A stretch of DNA of 64,000 bases from Candidatus Bathyarchaeota archaeon (GCA_963775465.1 CAVZIW010000001.1:128001-192000), one strand, 5' to 3'. Numbered from the stretch's first letter, positions 20,755 through 31,779 are shown. Made by a program: numbers and translations. The notes: generated from the letters alone by a model not told the origin.

Positions 20755-20844
20755 GAGCTTTTTTCTGGGTGTTCTTTTAGGAGAACAAGCTGTTCCTTGG
20801 GGAGAGTAATATTCTGCGTTGCATATGTTGTCTATTAGAATTCG

Positions 20845-22683
20845 GTGAGACCCTTGAAAAATAGAACGATTAATACCTTAACGATTCTTGCAATTGCTTT
20901 AGTCCTATTTTGGGTAATAGACGTTCAAAATGTAGATGCAGCCAAAACAATCGTCGTTCCTGATCAATTTTCAACTATAAGTATGGCCATTGCCAACGCA
21001 GCGGCAGGCGACACTATCCAAGTGAAAAGCGGCATATATTATGAAAACTTCAATATCGATAAGCCCTTAACGCTGCAGGGGCAAGAACGCAAAACAACTA
21101 TCATCATTGGAGAAGGAGGTCTTGATCGAGGAGCACACCCCGTAATCGTCCTAAATAGCAACAACATAAAGATTTCAGGCTTCACCATAGAAAGCCAGAA
21201 TTATTCCACCCCGAATTTCTACGCCACTGGAATTTCTGTTCAAGGCGATCAATGCACCATCATAAACAACATTATTCAAAATACCTACATAGGTATATTT
21301 TGCCCCATTCAATCCTCAATCGTCATAAAAGACAACCGTATTGACGGCAACCTCAAAGATGGCCTGCGCTTCTACGGGGGATCTCACATCCAAGTTGAAA
21401 ACAACACCATAACAGGGAACACGGGTTCAGGAATTGCCATGAACGGCTATCAGAATCTCATCTCAAACAACAACATAAGCGCTAACCTTCGAGCAATCGG
21501 ATACGGCGGATCATACTCAGTTATTTACGGAAACCAATTATCATCCAACACTGAATCAGGCCTTTTCCTAGCCGGATCAAACAACATAATCTCAGGCAAC
21601 CAGTTCTCCTCAAACAAATTTGGAGTTTTCGTAACCTCCCAACTTGAAGCACCACACGAAAACACATTCTACTTAAACAACTTCCTTAGCAACTTCTACA
21701 ACGCATTTGACAATTCTTCATCTTTTGCTGAACAATGGAACAATGACAAAGCTTTAGGAAACTACTGGAGCGACTACAGAACCAAGTATCCCAACGCCTC
21801 CGAATCCCCTCAATCAGGAATAGGAGATACAGCTTACGTGATTGCCCAAAACAACACAGACTACTATCCCTTGTTAACTCCCATAGAGAAAGCAAACCAG
21901 AACCAACCAACCTTGCCACCAGTTCCAGACGCATCACCAAACAGCATAGTAAGTTGGTGGTCTTTTGAAACGATAGAATCAAACGGAATGACTCCTGACG
22001 CAACAGGCAGAAACCCTGCTGCATTGGGATCAGAGACTGCATCCGAGTCTTTCGTTCCACAACAAGTAGAAGGAAAAGTCGGCAAAGCGCTGAGCTTTGA
22101 CGGAGCATTTTACGTCTTCGTTCCTCCCTCAAAGAGTCTCGAAACGCCCGATGAAGTGACAATCGAGGCGTGGGTTAACGTACAATCTCTTAAAGAAAAC
22201 GTCGCTTACAACAACATAATCGTAGAATGCGTCAGATCTTCAGCAGCATTACCTACACGCACCCTAGGATTAGCAATAAACGGCGAAACACCACAAAACT
22301 CAAGCGCCCCAATCATAGGCGCCATAAGAGCATACGTCCTAACGAATAGTGGATTCAACGAAATAGCGACCACAAACCCGATTGCCGAAAACACTTGGGT
22401 ACATGTAGCCTTTACTCGCAGCTTAATTGACGGCATGCACATCTACATAGATGGAAAAGACCAACCCGTTCAAATTGTTTCAGGAACTCAAAATCCACAA
22501 GGAGCAACGCTAAAGCAGAATGAAATCTACATCGGTCACGACTCAATAACCCAAATTGACGAACTCAAAATCAGCAATTTTGTAGAAAAAACAAACCCCT
22601 TATGGATGCAATGGTGGATCTGGGCAATCGTTGCAGTAATAGGAGTAGCCTCTTTGCTTGCGTTTTATCGATTCAAAAAATAA
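20845..22683 (+). CDS. surface protein: NosD/right-handed beta-helix plus LamG-like domain, C-terminal TM anchor
   Basis: signal peptide, IVVPDQFSTI..AI, Asn-rich parallel beta-helix repeats, GNYWSDY, GKVGKALSFDG, TIEAWV, WVHVAFT. Confidence 0.85.
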   Translation: MRPLKNRTINTLTILAIALVLFWVIDVQNVDAAKTIVVPDQFSTISMAIANAAAGDTIQVKSGIYYENFNIDKPLTLQGQERKTTIIIGEGGLDRGAHPVIVLNSNNIKISGFTIESQNYSTPNFYATGISVQGDQCTIINNIIQNTYIGIFCPIQSSIVIKDNRIDGNLKDGLRFYGGSHIQVENNTITGNTGSGIAMNGYQNLISNNNISANLRAIGYGGSYSVIYGNQLSSNTESGLFLAGSNNIISGNQFSSNKFGVFVTSQLEAPHENTFYLNNFLSNFYNAFDNSSSFAEQWNNDKALGNYWSDYRTKYPNASESPQSGIGDTAYVIAQNNTDYYPLLTPIEKANQNQPTLPPVPDASPNSIVSWWSFETIESNGMTPDATGRNPAALGSETASESFVPQQVEGKVGKALSFDGAFYVFVPPSKSLETPDEVTIEAWVNVQSLKENVAYNNIIVECVRSSAALPTRTLGLAINGETPQNSSAPIIGAIRAYVLTNSGFNEIATTNPIAENTWVHVAFTRSLIDGMHIYIDGKDQPVQIVSGTQNPQGATLKQNEIYIGHDSITQIDELKISNFVEKTNPLWMQWWIWAIVAVIGVASLLAFYRFKK

Positions 22684-22797
22684 CTTTTTCCTCAAACTAA
22701 ACAGAGCAAAAGCTAGGAATCAAAGTTATTATACCCGTAATAACTTAGAACTTCTTAACGCTCTAACGCACATGCATCAATCAAGGGAAATTTTGAC

Positions 22798-24987
22798 ATG
22801 AGTGAAAACTTCTTTGAAGAAAGCCGAATTCTAAACATACCCACCCGAATCAGCAGAATCTTTGAGCTTGCCAACAACTTATGGTGGAGTTGGCACGAAG
22901 AAGGTCGGCAAGTTTTTCGTGCCTTGGACTATTCGCTTTGGAGAACTAGTGGTCACAATCCTGTCAAGCAGCTTCGAACTATAACGACACAAAAACTCGA
23001 AGACGCGGCAAGAGATCCAACTTTTCTTGAACTCTACGATGACGTGATGACAAAATTTGATGCAGAAATGACTAAGCCTCACGATTGGTGTGGTCAAACA
23101 AAGGTTAACAGACCTTACGGGCAAATAGCTTACTTTTCCGCGGAATACGCAATTCATAATTCTTTGCCAATATATGCAGGAGGTTTGGGTGTTTTAGCAG
23201 GTGATATCTGCAAAGAATGCTCCGACCGAGGATTGCCACTTGTTGCCGTAGGATTCATGTATCCTCAAGGATATTTCCGTCAACGCATATCTCCGGAGGG
23301 AGATCAACAAGAAGACTATACACAGCTAAATTTCGATGAAGCACCCATTACCCCATGTGCTTGGCCCTATGGATGTGGTCCTCTAATTCCAATTCAATTA
23401 GCTGATCGCCAACTTTACGTAAAAGTCTGGCAAGTGCGAGTAGGACTAGTCAACTTGTATTTGCTGGACACAAACGTTGACGAAAACAATCCTGCCGACA
23501 GGGCATTATCCGCCAGACTCTACACAGCAAACCAAGAAGAACGATTGCGCCAACTAATCGTACTAGGCGTTGGAGGAGTCCGAGTGCTCAGAGAATTGAA
23601 ATTGAATCCAGTGGTTTGGCACGCCAACGAAGACCATACAGCCTTCATGATGCTGGAAAGACTAAGACTTGAACGAGTCAACGGAGCTTCCTTGGAAGAA
23701 ACAATCCAAAAAGTGCGACAAAGCACAATTTTTACTACCCATACCCCCGTACCAGCTGGACATCACGTCTTTAGCGTGACTTTGATGGAACAATATGCGC
23801 GCAATTTCTGGGAATCCCTAAACATTGATAAAGAGACATTCCTAAAACTTGGTCAATCCGCAGACTTACCAAGCGACAAATTTAACCTGACAGCTTTCGC
23901 GTTTCGACTTTCAAGCAATGCAAACGCCGTTTCCAAGTTGCACGGAAAGGTAACTCGCCATATGTGGCATGTTCTTTGGCCTGACAAAAAAGAAGATGAA
24001 GTTCCAATTCTATCCATCACCAACGGGGTTCATTTACCCAGTTGGCAAGCCCCAGAAATAACTGAATTATGCGAAAAGCACGTCAATCCAGAGCTGGCAG
24101 AAAAGCAGGAGAGCGAAGAGTTCTGGAAATGCACCGACAAAATTCCCGATGCCGAACTTTGGCACGAAAAACAGAAACTGAAAGCAAGACTTATTGTAGC
24201 GATCCAAGATCGAGCAATGAAACGTTGGAATCAGGACTCTATATCTCCGCAGCAGGTCATTGCTATGGGTTCTTTGTTGGATCCTTACGCATTAACCATC
24301 GGGTTTGCCCGTCGATTCACCGAGTACAAACGCCCATATCTCTTACTATCTGATCGAGAGAGACTAAAACGTATCTTAACTGATCCTGAAAGACCAGTTC
24401 AACTGATATTTGCTGGTAAATCACATCCAGCTGATTATGCTTCAAAGCAGCTTCTAAAGCAAGTCTATCAAGTAGCTATGGATCGACGCTTTCAAGGGCG
24501 AGTTGTTTTCGTTGAAGATTACGACTTAAACTTAGCTCGAGAGCTCGTCCGAGGAGTCGACGTTTGGCTAAACATGCCCAGAAGACTTCAAGAAGCATCT
24601 GGAACTAGTGGAATGAAAGCTTCTATGAACGGAGGTATTAATTTTAGTGTTCTCGACGGTTGGTGGGCTGAAGGCTACAATGGCAAAAACGGCTGGGCTA
24701 TAGGTGAACTTCAAAGCGACAGCCCACAAGAGGAAGACCAAAAAGACGCGGACTCAATCTATCGACAACTAGAAAATGAAATCATTCCCCTGTATTATGA
24801 GCGTGACCGTATGGGTGTTCCTCATCGCTGGATTGGAATCGTTAAAGAGGCGATAAAAACGGTTGCACCAACTTTCAGTGCTTGCCGTATGATGAGGGAA
24901 TACGCTCAGCAAATGTATTTGCCTGCTACAAGCCCGAATAGTCAAAAAAATGGTTTAGAGGGAAAAAATGTTGGAACAACAGGATAA
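22798..24987 (+). CDS. glgP: alpha-glucan (glycogen/maltodextrin) phosphorylase
   Basis: NLWWSW, YFSAEY..H.SLPIYAGGLG, FARRFTEYKR, EASGTSGMKA (PLP lysine), DGWW.EG. Confidence 0.95.
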   Translation: MSENFFEESRILNIPTRISRIFELANNLWWSWHEEGRQVFRALDYSLWRTSGHNPVKQLRTITTQKLEDAARDPTFLELYDDVMTKFDAEMTKPHDWCGQTKVNRPYGQIAYFSAEYAIHNSLPIYAGGLGVLAGDICKECSDRGLPLVAVGFMYPQGYFRQRISPEGDQQEDYTQLNFDEAPITPCAWPYGCGPLIPIQLADRQLYVKVWQVRVGLVNLYLLDTNVDENNPADRALSARLYTANQEERLRQLIVLGVGGVRVLRELKLNPVVWHANEDHTAFMMLERLRLERVNGASLEETIQKVRQSTIFTTHTPVPAGHHVFSVTLMEQYARNFWESLNIDKETFLKLGQSADLPSDKFNLTAFAFRLSSNANAVSKLHGKVTRHMWHVLWPDKKEDEVPILSITNGVHLPSWQAPEITELCEKHVNPELAEKQESEEFWKCTDKIPDAELWHEKQKLKARLIVAIQDRAMKRWNQDSISPQQVIAMGSLLDPYALTIGFARRFTEYKRPYLLLSDRERLKRILTDPERPVQLIFAGKSHPADYASKQLLKQVYQVAMDRRFQGRVVFVEDYDLNLARELVRGVDVWLNMPRRLQEASGTSGMKASMNGGINFSVLDGWWAEGYNGKNGWAIGELQSDSPQEEDQKDADSIYRQLENEIIPLYYERDRMGVPHRWIGIVKEAIKTVAPTFSACRMMREYAQQMYLPATSPNSQKNGLEGKNVGTTG

Positions 24988-26173
24988 AACGGCAAAATAT
25001 TATTTCGATAGAGCTGACGTTCTAATGGTTGCAATTAGCAGTGATGGAGTAATTCAAGACATAAATCAAACTGCATTAAAAATTCTAGGGTATTCAAAGG
25101 ACGAAGTTTTAGGTAAAAACTGGTTTGACAATTTTGTTGAAGAAAAAACCAGAGAAAGCACCAGAAATTTATTCCATGAAACCTTGCGTAGTAATATACG
25201 TCATGTCCATTTTGAGCAGACAATTCTCACTAAGCAAGGACAAACTCGAATTTTTGATTTCCATAATGTGCTCACTAGCGATGGAAAAGGCACAACTCTA
25301 GGCGTACTAAGCTCAGGCAATGAAATTAGTCAACAAAAAAAGAAAGATGAGACACAAAAACAATTGGAGAGTCGACTTCAAGCAACTCTCGACTACATGA
25401 TTGAAGGAGTCCAAATAATCGATTACGATTGGAGGTATATTTACGTCAACGAAGCTGCTGCCAAGCAAGGCAAAAAATCTAAAAAAGAATTAATTGGGTT
25501 CACGATGATGCAAGCCTACCCGGGTATCAACAAAACAGAGATGTTCAATCATTTGATCAATTGCATGACAAATCGAGTTCCAGCTAGAATAGAAAATGAG
25601 TTCACTTTTGAAGACGGATCTAAAGGTTGGTTTGAACTACGGATAGAACCAGTTCCAGAGGGTATACTGATCTTTTCAGTCGACATAACCAAGAATAAAG
25701 CAAACGAAGCTGAACTAAACAAGTACCGTAATCGACTAGAGGAAGTTGTTGCAGAAAAAACCGCTGAATGCGGCAAAATAAGCACCGATCTACACTTTGA
25801 AGTTGAAGAACATAAGAAAGACCTTGAGGCACTAAAACTTCGTGCAACCATTCTAGACAACGCCATGGAATCAATTGTTTTGACTAACGTCAAGGGAGAA
25901 TTAGCCTACGCTAATAAGTCAGCGCAAGAAGCTTATGACTACACTCTAGATGAGTTGCTCAACAAAAGAATTACAGCGTTGTTACCTGCTAAAGACGCTT
26001 CCTCTGTCGAAGGGCTATTGAGGCATATTTCGGAAAAAGGACAAACTAGCTTAGAGATGATACACGTCGGCAAAAACGGCGTTGAAATGCCGGTGAAGGT
26101 ATACGCTAATCTAGTTAAAACCATGCATGGACATTACATAGTATTCGTCATCCGTCAACTCCATCGTCGATAA
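24968..26173 (+). CDS. multi-PAS-domain sensor protein with no output domain
   Basis: three PAS repeats (ILGYSKDEVLGKNWF; YVNEAA..GKKSKKELIG; YAN..A..AYDYTLDELL) joined by coiled coils; overlaps the glgP stop. Confidence 0.85.
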   Translation: MLEQQDKTAKYYFDRADVLMVAISSDGVIQDINQTALKILGYSKDEVLGKNWFDNFVEEKTRESTRNLFHETLRSNIRHVHFEQTILTKQGQTRIFDFHNVLTSDGKGTTLGVLSSGNEISQQKKKDETQKQLESRLQATLDYMIEGVQIIDYDWRYIYVNEAAAKQGKKSKKELIGFTMMQAYPGINKTEMFNHLINCMTNRVPARIENEFTFEDGSKGWFELRIEPVPEGILIFSVDITKNKANEAELNKYRNRLEEVVAEKTAECGKISTDLHFEVEEHKKDLEALKLRATILDNAMESIVLTNVKGELAYANKSAQEAYDYTLDELLNKRITALLPAKDASSVEGLLRHISEKGQTSLEMIHVGKNGVEMPVKVYANLVKTMHGHYIVFVIRQLHRR

Positions 26174-26226
26174 AAAAAACTTTCAACGCAGAATCTGAAG
26201 CGATAATATTGTCGAAGATTTTAAGG

Positions 26227-26304
26227 TGGTGGGCCGGGCCGGATTCGGACCGGCGACCTTCTGCACGTCAAGCAGATGTCCTAACCAGGCTAGACGACCG
26301 GCCC
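26227..26304 (-). tRNA. tRNA-Val(GAC), CCA encoded
   Basis: acceptor GGGCCGG/CCGGCCC, anticodon arm TCTGC-TTGACGT-GCAGA, T-arm GCCGG-TCCGAAT-CCGGC. Confidence 0.93.
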
Positions 26305-26662
26305 ACACATTTGCATCATCTTTTATTGCGCCTTCCTATATAATCGTATAGCTGTAAAAATTTCGTGAAATATCAAACACTTCATGCTGAATCACTAAGA
26401 AAAACCAACGTTCACCATCAGCTACTGACTGAGAAATATGCCATTTGTGTTACTCATGGGTTTATACAAAAATATTCATTCTAAAAATAAAAAAGTAAAG
26501 GATGTATGGACTATTTAGAATAGTCACTACAAAAAGGGCTATCTCTTTTTGATTTTCTATTAATTGGTTTCTATTTTTGTGTTAAACACTTTCTCAATCG
26601 CTTGCTGGCTACAGAGCAGTTTTAAGGTACCTCTCGCTTATATCATGACATTGGGTATTGGG

Positions 26663-27913
26663 ATGGTTGCAACAGACGAAGTCTTATCTCTGCTAGTTGA
26701 ATTCATCAACAAAAACTCTAAAGCGGCTGATGTACAATGGGACAGACGTATGAGTCCAAGACTACTTTTTAACCCCTATTCAGAAAAATATGAAGAGCGC
26801 AAAATTATAGCTCACTACTTTATGCTCGCTGCATCCATCCTTGATGATACCATTGTGGGATACCCGGAAAATGCAAGAATGCTAATGGTTTATTTGCATG
26901 AAGCGTTCGGAAATAGCCTGTTTGATATTAAAAAAGCTCACCTTTTCGAAGAAGAAATCATAAAGGCTAATTTTTATCGCGATTTAGGGCCAAATAAAAA
27001 AGCTGCTTCAGAAAACTTAACCCAAGTTAACCTTTTTGTTCGGTCTAAAGCGGAGCGAAATCTCTTAAAATACGCGCAAATATTCTCCAAACCAAAAGAC
27101 TTCGTTAATGATATCGCACTAAACGTTCCAGCGCTTGGTGGTCCCCATATTGATAGATCTTGGATTTACATGCGGTGGATGGTGCGTCCTCAACCTGATT
27201 TGCAAATTTACGACCACATGTTGCCTGAAAATCTTTCCGTTCCTTTGACTAAAGAGAATGCGAATGTTGCTGCTAGTTTAGGGATAATCAATTCGGCTTC
27301 CCCTTCTTTATGGAGAGATGAACAAACAACTTCAGTAGCAAGGCAAAAAATAACTGACTTTGCAAAACGTCTATTTCCGCAAGACCCCGCTAAAGTCGAT
27401 TATCCTTTCTTCTTGTTAGGCAAATGGCTTAAACAAAAAACTCTAAACCGCTATACCTTGAAGACTGCATTGGATTTTTTGGAGCGTATGCAAAAAATCA
27501 CTGGGCAACCCCAAGAATACTATCAGAAGATGAGTCGCTATAAGAGCGGTTGGGAGAAGAAAACTGCATTAACTCTTTTGCGAATGCATATTCCTTATGG
27601 CTATGAAACTATCAGTTTTCCGTTACCAAATGAGGTGTACACCCCCGATTTTATTTTAGAGAAAAACGTTCATGGTAGAAAAATAATCCTTGAACCCCAC
27701 TTTGAAATGACCAAGAAACAAGCGAGGAAATATGCGTTGTTTAAGCGAACTTACGGTCACAAATTTCTACTAATCTTATTATTAAAGAATGATTTAATAC
27801 CGTTATATCACCAACGTAAAATCTTAACCGACGATGTTTGCGATGACGTTTGGCCAATAGAGTTTATCCATCTTTTGGTTGAAAAAATTAGGCGAGGGAC
27901 CTATGGGCAATAG
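26663..27913 (+). CDS. DUF2400 (TIGR02757)-like HhH-fold domain fused to a T7-endonuclease-I-like PD-(D/E)XK domain
   Basis: YMRWMVRP.PDL..., L.VPL, A.SLG and P.DPAKVDYPFF.LG in the N-terminal part; YKSGWE...YE...YTPDF...LEPH in the C-terminal part; start uncertain (26564-26663). Confidence 0.65.
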   Translation: MVATDEVLSLLVEFINKNSKAADVQWDRRMSPRLLFNPYSEKYEERKIIAHYFMLAASILDDTIVGYPENARMLMVYLHEAFGNSLFDIKKAHLFEEEIIKANFYRDLGPNKKAASENLTQVNLFVRSKAERNLLKYAQIFSKPKDFVNDIALNVPALGGPHIDRSWIYMRWMVRPQPDLQIYDHMLPENLSVPLTKENANVAASLGIINSASPSLWRDEQTTSVARQKITDFAKRLFPQDPAKVDYPFFLLGKWLKQKTLNRYTLKTALDFLERMQKITGQPQEYYQKMSRYKSGWEKKTALTLLRMHIPYGYETISFPLPNEVYTPDFILEKNVHGRKIILEPHFEMTKKQARKYALFKRTYGHKFLLILLLKNDLIPLYHQRKILTDDVCDDVWPIEFIHLLVEKIRRGTYGQ

Positions 27914-28322
27914 AAAGGAACCTGTTAAGAAGCAACCGCATATAACAGCGACTTTGAACTGTGAAGATGACTTTAAACCATTAGCTGTTTGGCTTATTTT
28001 AAACGGTAAAACAGAAAGTGCTCTTGAGCTTTTAGCAAAAACCTATCGGGTAAACGTACCAAACCTAAGAGTTGGTCTACCAAAAAAGCATAAAACTAAA
28101 GCCTACGGAACATATACAGCTAAAGACCAAACCATTTCTGTGCTTAATAGCGATGTTTTTGTTAATCCATTTGTTGTTATACATGAATTTTATCATCATC
28201 TTCGGAGCAAAGGTGTAGATAGAATTCACCGAGGAACTGAGGGAAATGCTGACAAATTTGCCATTGACTTTCTTGTTGCATTCCAGTTAACCTCTTTAAA
28301 GACTAAAGATTACATTCAATAA
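27903..28322 (+). CDS. HEXXH zinc metallopeptidase-like protein
   Basis: VIHEFYHH...TE.NADKFA; overlaps the upstream gene stop. Confidence 0.7.
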   Translation: MGNRKEPVKKQPHITATLNCEDDFKPLAVWLILNGKTESALELLAKTYRVNVPNLRVGLPKKHKTKAYGTYTAKDQTISVLNSDVFVNPFVVIHEFYHHLRSKGVDRIHRGTEGNADKFAIDFLVAFQLTSLKTKDYIQ

Positions 28323-28735
28323 AACTCATCATCATTGCACTCCAAAGCAGCAGTTATTTCTATGGGCACACTGTTCCCATTTGAATCATAAGCGACTATG
28401 CAACTTTTTCCTTCATACGGATAACCAACAATCATGAGTATTCGCCCAAAAAAATAGTTTAAATCAGTGTCACTTGGCGAAATATTTCCAGAAGGATGCG
28501 AATGCACCGTGCCAACAAGTGAGAAATCTCCTGCAAACATGTACGGGTTAAAATGGGCAAAGCCTTCACCGTGCACAGCAAAGGGTGCTAAAACCAAATC
28601 AGTAACACTAATGACGTCTCTGCTTTTCTTCCCTCTTAACAGCAGAAAACTTTCTCGTGGGTAGAGTTCTTTGGCGCCAGCATATATGGCATCTAGTATG
28701 TTGCTTGGAATATGCACAATTATTGATTTGGCCAT
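28316..28735 (-). CDS. Mov34/MPN/JAB (JAMM) metalloprotease-family protein
   Basis: YPRE...LLRG, GTVHSHPSG...PS..D. Confidence 0.9.
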   Translation of the reverse strand: MAKSIIVHIPSNILDAIYAGAKELYPRESFLLLRGKKSRDVISVTDLVLAPFAVHGEGFAHFNPYMFAGDFSLVGTVHSHPSGNISPSDTDLNYFFGRILMIVGYPYEGKSCIVAYDSNGNSVPIEITAALECNDDEFY

Positions 28736-28842
28736 GCAAACAACGGTTACTTGCGTGGGTTAAGTACTTTTGCCCAATAGCTAGCTCAACAAAGACTCGG
28801 TAAACATTTAAGACACAATGAGCTAAACTGTTGATTCGAAGT

Positions 28843-28927
28843 GCCGGGATGGCAGAGTGGTTAACGCGCGGGCCTTGAGAGCCCGTGGACCTTCCGGTCC
28901 GCATGGGTTCGAATCCCATTCCCGGCG
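28843..28927 (+). tRNA. tRNA-Ser(TGA)
   Basis: acceptor GCCGGGA/TCCCGGC, anticodon arm CGGGC-CTTGAGA-GCCCG, long variable arm GGACC-TTCC-GGTCC, TTCGAAT loop. Confidence 0.95.
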
Positions 28928-28943
28928 CTCTTCGAAAATTCCT

Positions 28944-31070
28944 TTAAACTTCGAGATAGCTGAGCATTTTTTCAACGTCGTTTGTTGGAGGCATGCATGT
29001 TTGGGCTATACAAACATAAGCTGTTGTTTTTCCATCGATTTTCTCATATCTCATTCCTGGAATTTGCGAAATTGTTGATTCGGGGTTTACAACCTTTACG
29101 GTTAAGTTAGGCAAATAATTTTTTCTTATGGCATTCAGCATTTCAATCGTGTCTTGATTTGATGGTTTCCCAACCAAAACAATGTTAAGACTCGGGCCAA
29201 GATCAAAATCAAATCCTGAAAGCATGAAAGTGTGCCCTAGAGGACTATTTTTTGTTTCTTCAGAGAAGGTCTCCAAAGTTTTTCTTCCATAATCGGCAAA
29301 GGATAGTTCTCCGCTCAAAATGGACAACCGCAGGAGGTTCAGTGCCGCGACCGCATTTCCTGAAGGCACAGCTCCATCATAAGTTTGTTTTATTCTTGGC
29401 ACAGCTGGATCTGAACCCTTTTTGCTAAAGAAGAAACCTAGCGAGTTTTCATCCCAAAACTCAGCAACCATTTTCTTAGTCAAATCCACACTTGCAAAAA
29501 GAAACTTTTCATTAAAACTTGCTTCATACAATTCAATCAAACCGAAAACAAAATAGGCATAGTCATCTAGAAAACCGTCAACCGCTTTTTCACCTTTTGC
29601 AAAACGATGATACAACATACCTTCGTTTGTTAACATTTCTTTCAGAATAAAGTCAGCTGTTTTTTTCGCTGCCTGAAGGTACTTTGGCTCCCCTAAAACT
29701 TGACTTGCCCGTGCTAACGCTGCAATCATTAGTCCATTCCAGTCAACAAGCACCTTATAGTCTATAGCTGGGTGAACACGTTTCTTTCTCGCATTAAACA
29801 AATTGCTTATAATTCTATTAAGGATCCCTATGAGCTCATTAATGGTTAAGTTGGATTCTGCGGCTAACTGGTCTAAAGGCTTTGAGAAGTGGAGAATATT
29901 CTTACCATTTCTGCCTGTAGGCGGTTCATAGTAATTGCCTTCTTTCTTGATATCGAAAAAATTAATAGCGAAATCTGTGTTTGGCAAAGGTACAGCTCGT
30001 TTAATTTCATCTTGGGTCCAAAGATAGAATTTGCCTTCTACGTTTTCACTATCCGCATCTTGCGCTGAATAGAAACCTCCTTCTGTTGCAGATAAATCTC
30101 TTAACACATAATCTAAGGTTTCTTTAGCGGTTATTTTAAATTTGGCCTGACCAGATGCTTGATAGGCTTCTATGTAAGCCAAGGTCAATAAAGCTTGATC
30201 GTAGAGCATTTTTTCGAAATGTGGAACTAACCACTGTGCATCAGTTGAGTAACGATGAAAGCCAAATCCGATTTGGTCGAAGATTCCACCTAGTCGCATT
30301 TCCCGAAGTGTCTTTTCCACCATACTCCACGCTGTTTTTTCTTTTGTTCTTTTGTGGTATCTTAATAAGAAAAGCAGGTTGTGGGGCGAAGGAAATTTGG
30401 GTGCCCGTCCAAATCCACCGTTTTCTTGGTCAAACCGCAAGAATAACTGTTCGTAAGCGTTGTCAAGGTCAGCTTTGCCCAGTGCATTTCCAATATTTTC
30501 TCCCTTGGAAGGTTCTATTTGTTGTTTAAGCTCTTTGCCGATGTTTTCCATTTCTAATTGTCTGGTTTTCCAGATTTGACTTATTTGAGGTATAAGACTC
30601 AGCATTCCAACCACTCCGTAACGGTTTTCTTTTGGAATGTAACTGCCGACGAAAAACGGGTTCTTATCGGGAGTCATTATAACGTTTAAAGGCCAACCAC
30701 AATTTCTTCCCATTGATTGACAAACCGCCATATACGCAGCGTCAAGATCAGGACGTTCTTCTCGATCAACTTTTATGCACACAAAAGCTTGGTTCATAAG
30801 TTGTGCCACGCCTTCATCTTCGAAGGATTCTTTTTCCATAACATGGCACCAGTGACAAGTTGAATATCCTATAGAGACAAAAACGGGTTTATTTTCAGAT
30901 TTTGCTTTTTCAAAAGCATCATTTCCCCAAGGATACCATTCAACGGGGTTATATGCATGTTGAAGCAGGTAGGGACTTTTTTGGCTTATCAACTTATTTG
31001 GCTTTCTTTCTTGCCCAGAATTGGTTTGCATAGAAACGCTCTCTTCCATAACAATTGTTACGTCTACCAC
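28944..31070 (-). CDS. thioredoxin-domain/DUF255 (YyaL, SPATA20-like) protein
   Basis: [55 protein letters not shown]. Confidence 0.93.
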   Translation of the reverse strand: MVDVTIVMEESVSMQTNSGQERKPNKLISQKSPYLLQHAYNPVEWYPWGNDAFEKAKSENKPVFVSIGYSTCHWCHVMEKESFEDEGVAQLMNQAFVCIKVDREERPDLDAAYMAVCQSMGRNCGWPLNVIMTPDKNPFFVGSYIPKENRYGVVGMLSLIPQISQIWKTRQLEMENIGKELKQQIEPSKGENIGNALGKADLDNAYEQLFLRFDQENGGFGRAPKFPSPHNLLFLLRYHKRTKEKTAWSMVEKTLREMRLGGIFDQIGFGFHRYSTDAQWLVPHFEKMLYDQALLTLAYIEAYQASGQAKFKITAKETLDYVLRDLSATEGGFYSAQDADSENVEGKFYLWTQDEIKRAVPLPNTDFAINFFDIKKEGNYYEPPTGRNGKNILHFSKPLDQLAAESNLTINELIGILNRIISNLFNARKKRVHPAIDYKVLVDWNGLMIAALARASQVLGEPKYLQAAKKTADFILKEMLTNEGMLYHRFAKGEKAVDGFLDDYAYFVFGLIELYEASFNEKFLFASVDLTKKMVAEFWDENSLGFFFSKKGSDPAVPRIKQTYDGAVPSGNAVAALNLLRLSILSGELSFADYGRKTLETFSEETKNSPLGHTFMLSGFDFDLGPSLNIVLVGKPSNQDTIEMLNAIRKNYLPNLTVKVVNPESTISQIPGMRYEKIDGKTTAYVCIAQTCMPPTNDVEKMLSYLEV

Positions 31071-31093
31071 TTATTCGTTACGAAGAAAAAAGA

Positions 31094-31750
31094 TTAGAAG
31101 TAGTATGTAGCAGTTGCATTTACAGCATTACTGTCTTGCCCGTCTAGGTTTCCTATTACGAGTAGGACATCGCCTGGAAGTATCGGAAATGCCGCGGTGC
31201 CATTTGCTCCTAAAGTCTGATTGTAGTCAAAGTTATAATTCCCAAAAGTGTACATTACTTGTGCAAAAGTTGAAGTTGAGTTAGCCGTTGCTTCGACAAC
31301 AACTACTCCAGCATAATCCACGGGGTTGTTATACAGTATTGTTGTGGTATTAGCTTCTTGAATAAATGGACCTTCATACATAATTCCCGATGAACGCATT
31401 TGAACTATCTGGAGCAAACTGGAGTATGCTTCGCTAACGCTTGTGTAACTAGCATTTGCGTCATCTAATTGTTGATTTAGATTAGCTAATTGTTGATTTA
31501 GATATGCGATTTGTTCAACATAGGTGGAAGTGGCATTTGGCACTTGCGACAATTGAAGTTGCAAAGCTGAAATGTTATCATTCAATGACGCGATTGTAGA
31601 GTCTTTGTCTGAAAGTTGAGCTTGATTGCTTAAATAAACTGCAGAAACTCCGACTAAGCTGACGGCTAAAATAATACAAATTACTATTACTGCGAGGAAT
31701 TTTATGCTTCTTTTTTTCTGAACTGGTGTTTCTTGACTCATAGGTTTCAT
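31094..31750 (-). CDS. membrane-anchored coiled-coil exported protein
   Basis: KKR plus TM helix, Q/N-rich heptads, C-terminal beta domain; start inferred from promoter position. Confidence 0.7.
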   Translation of the reverse strand: MKPMSQETPVQKKRSIKFLAVIVICIILAVSLVGVSAVYLSNQAQLSDKDSTIASLNDNISALQLQLSQVPNATSTYVEQIAYLNQQLANLNQQLDDANASYTSVSEAYSSLLQIVQMRSSGIMYEGPFIQEANTTTILYNNPVDYAGVVVVEATANSTSTFAQVMYTFGNYNFDYNQTLGANGTAAFPILPGDVLLVIGNLDGQDSNAVNATATYYF

Positions 31751-31779
31751 CTGCTTTGTGCATGCATAGCTATGAATCT

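Noticed and set aside
26305-28842. Integrated element between tRNA-Val(GAC) and tRNA-Ser
   Set aside because: The segment abuts the 5' ends of both tRNAs, with no att duplication and no integrase.
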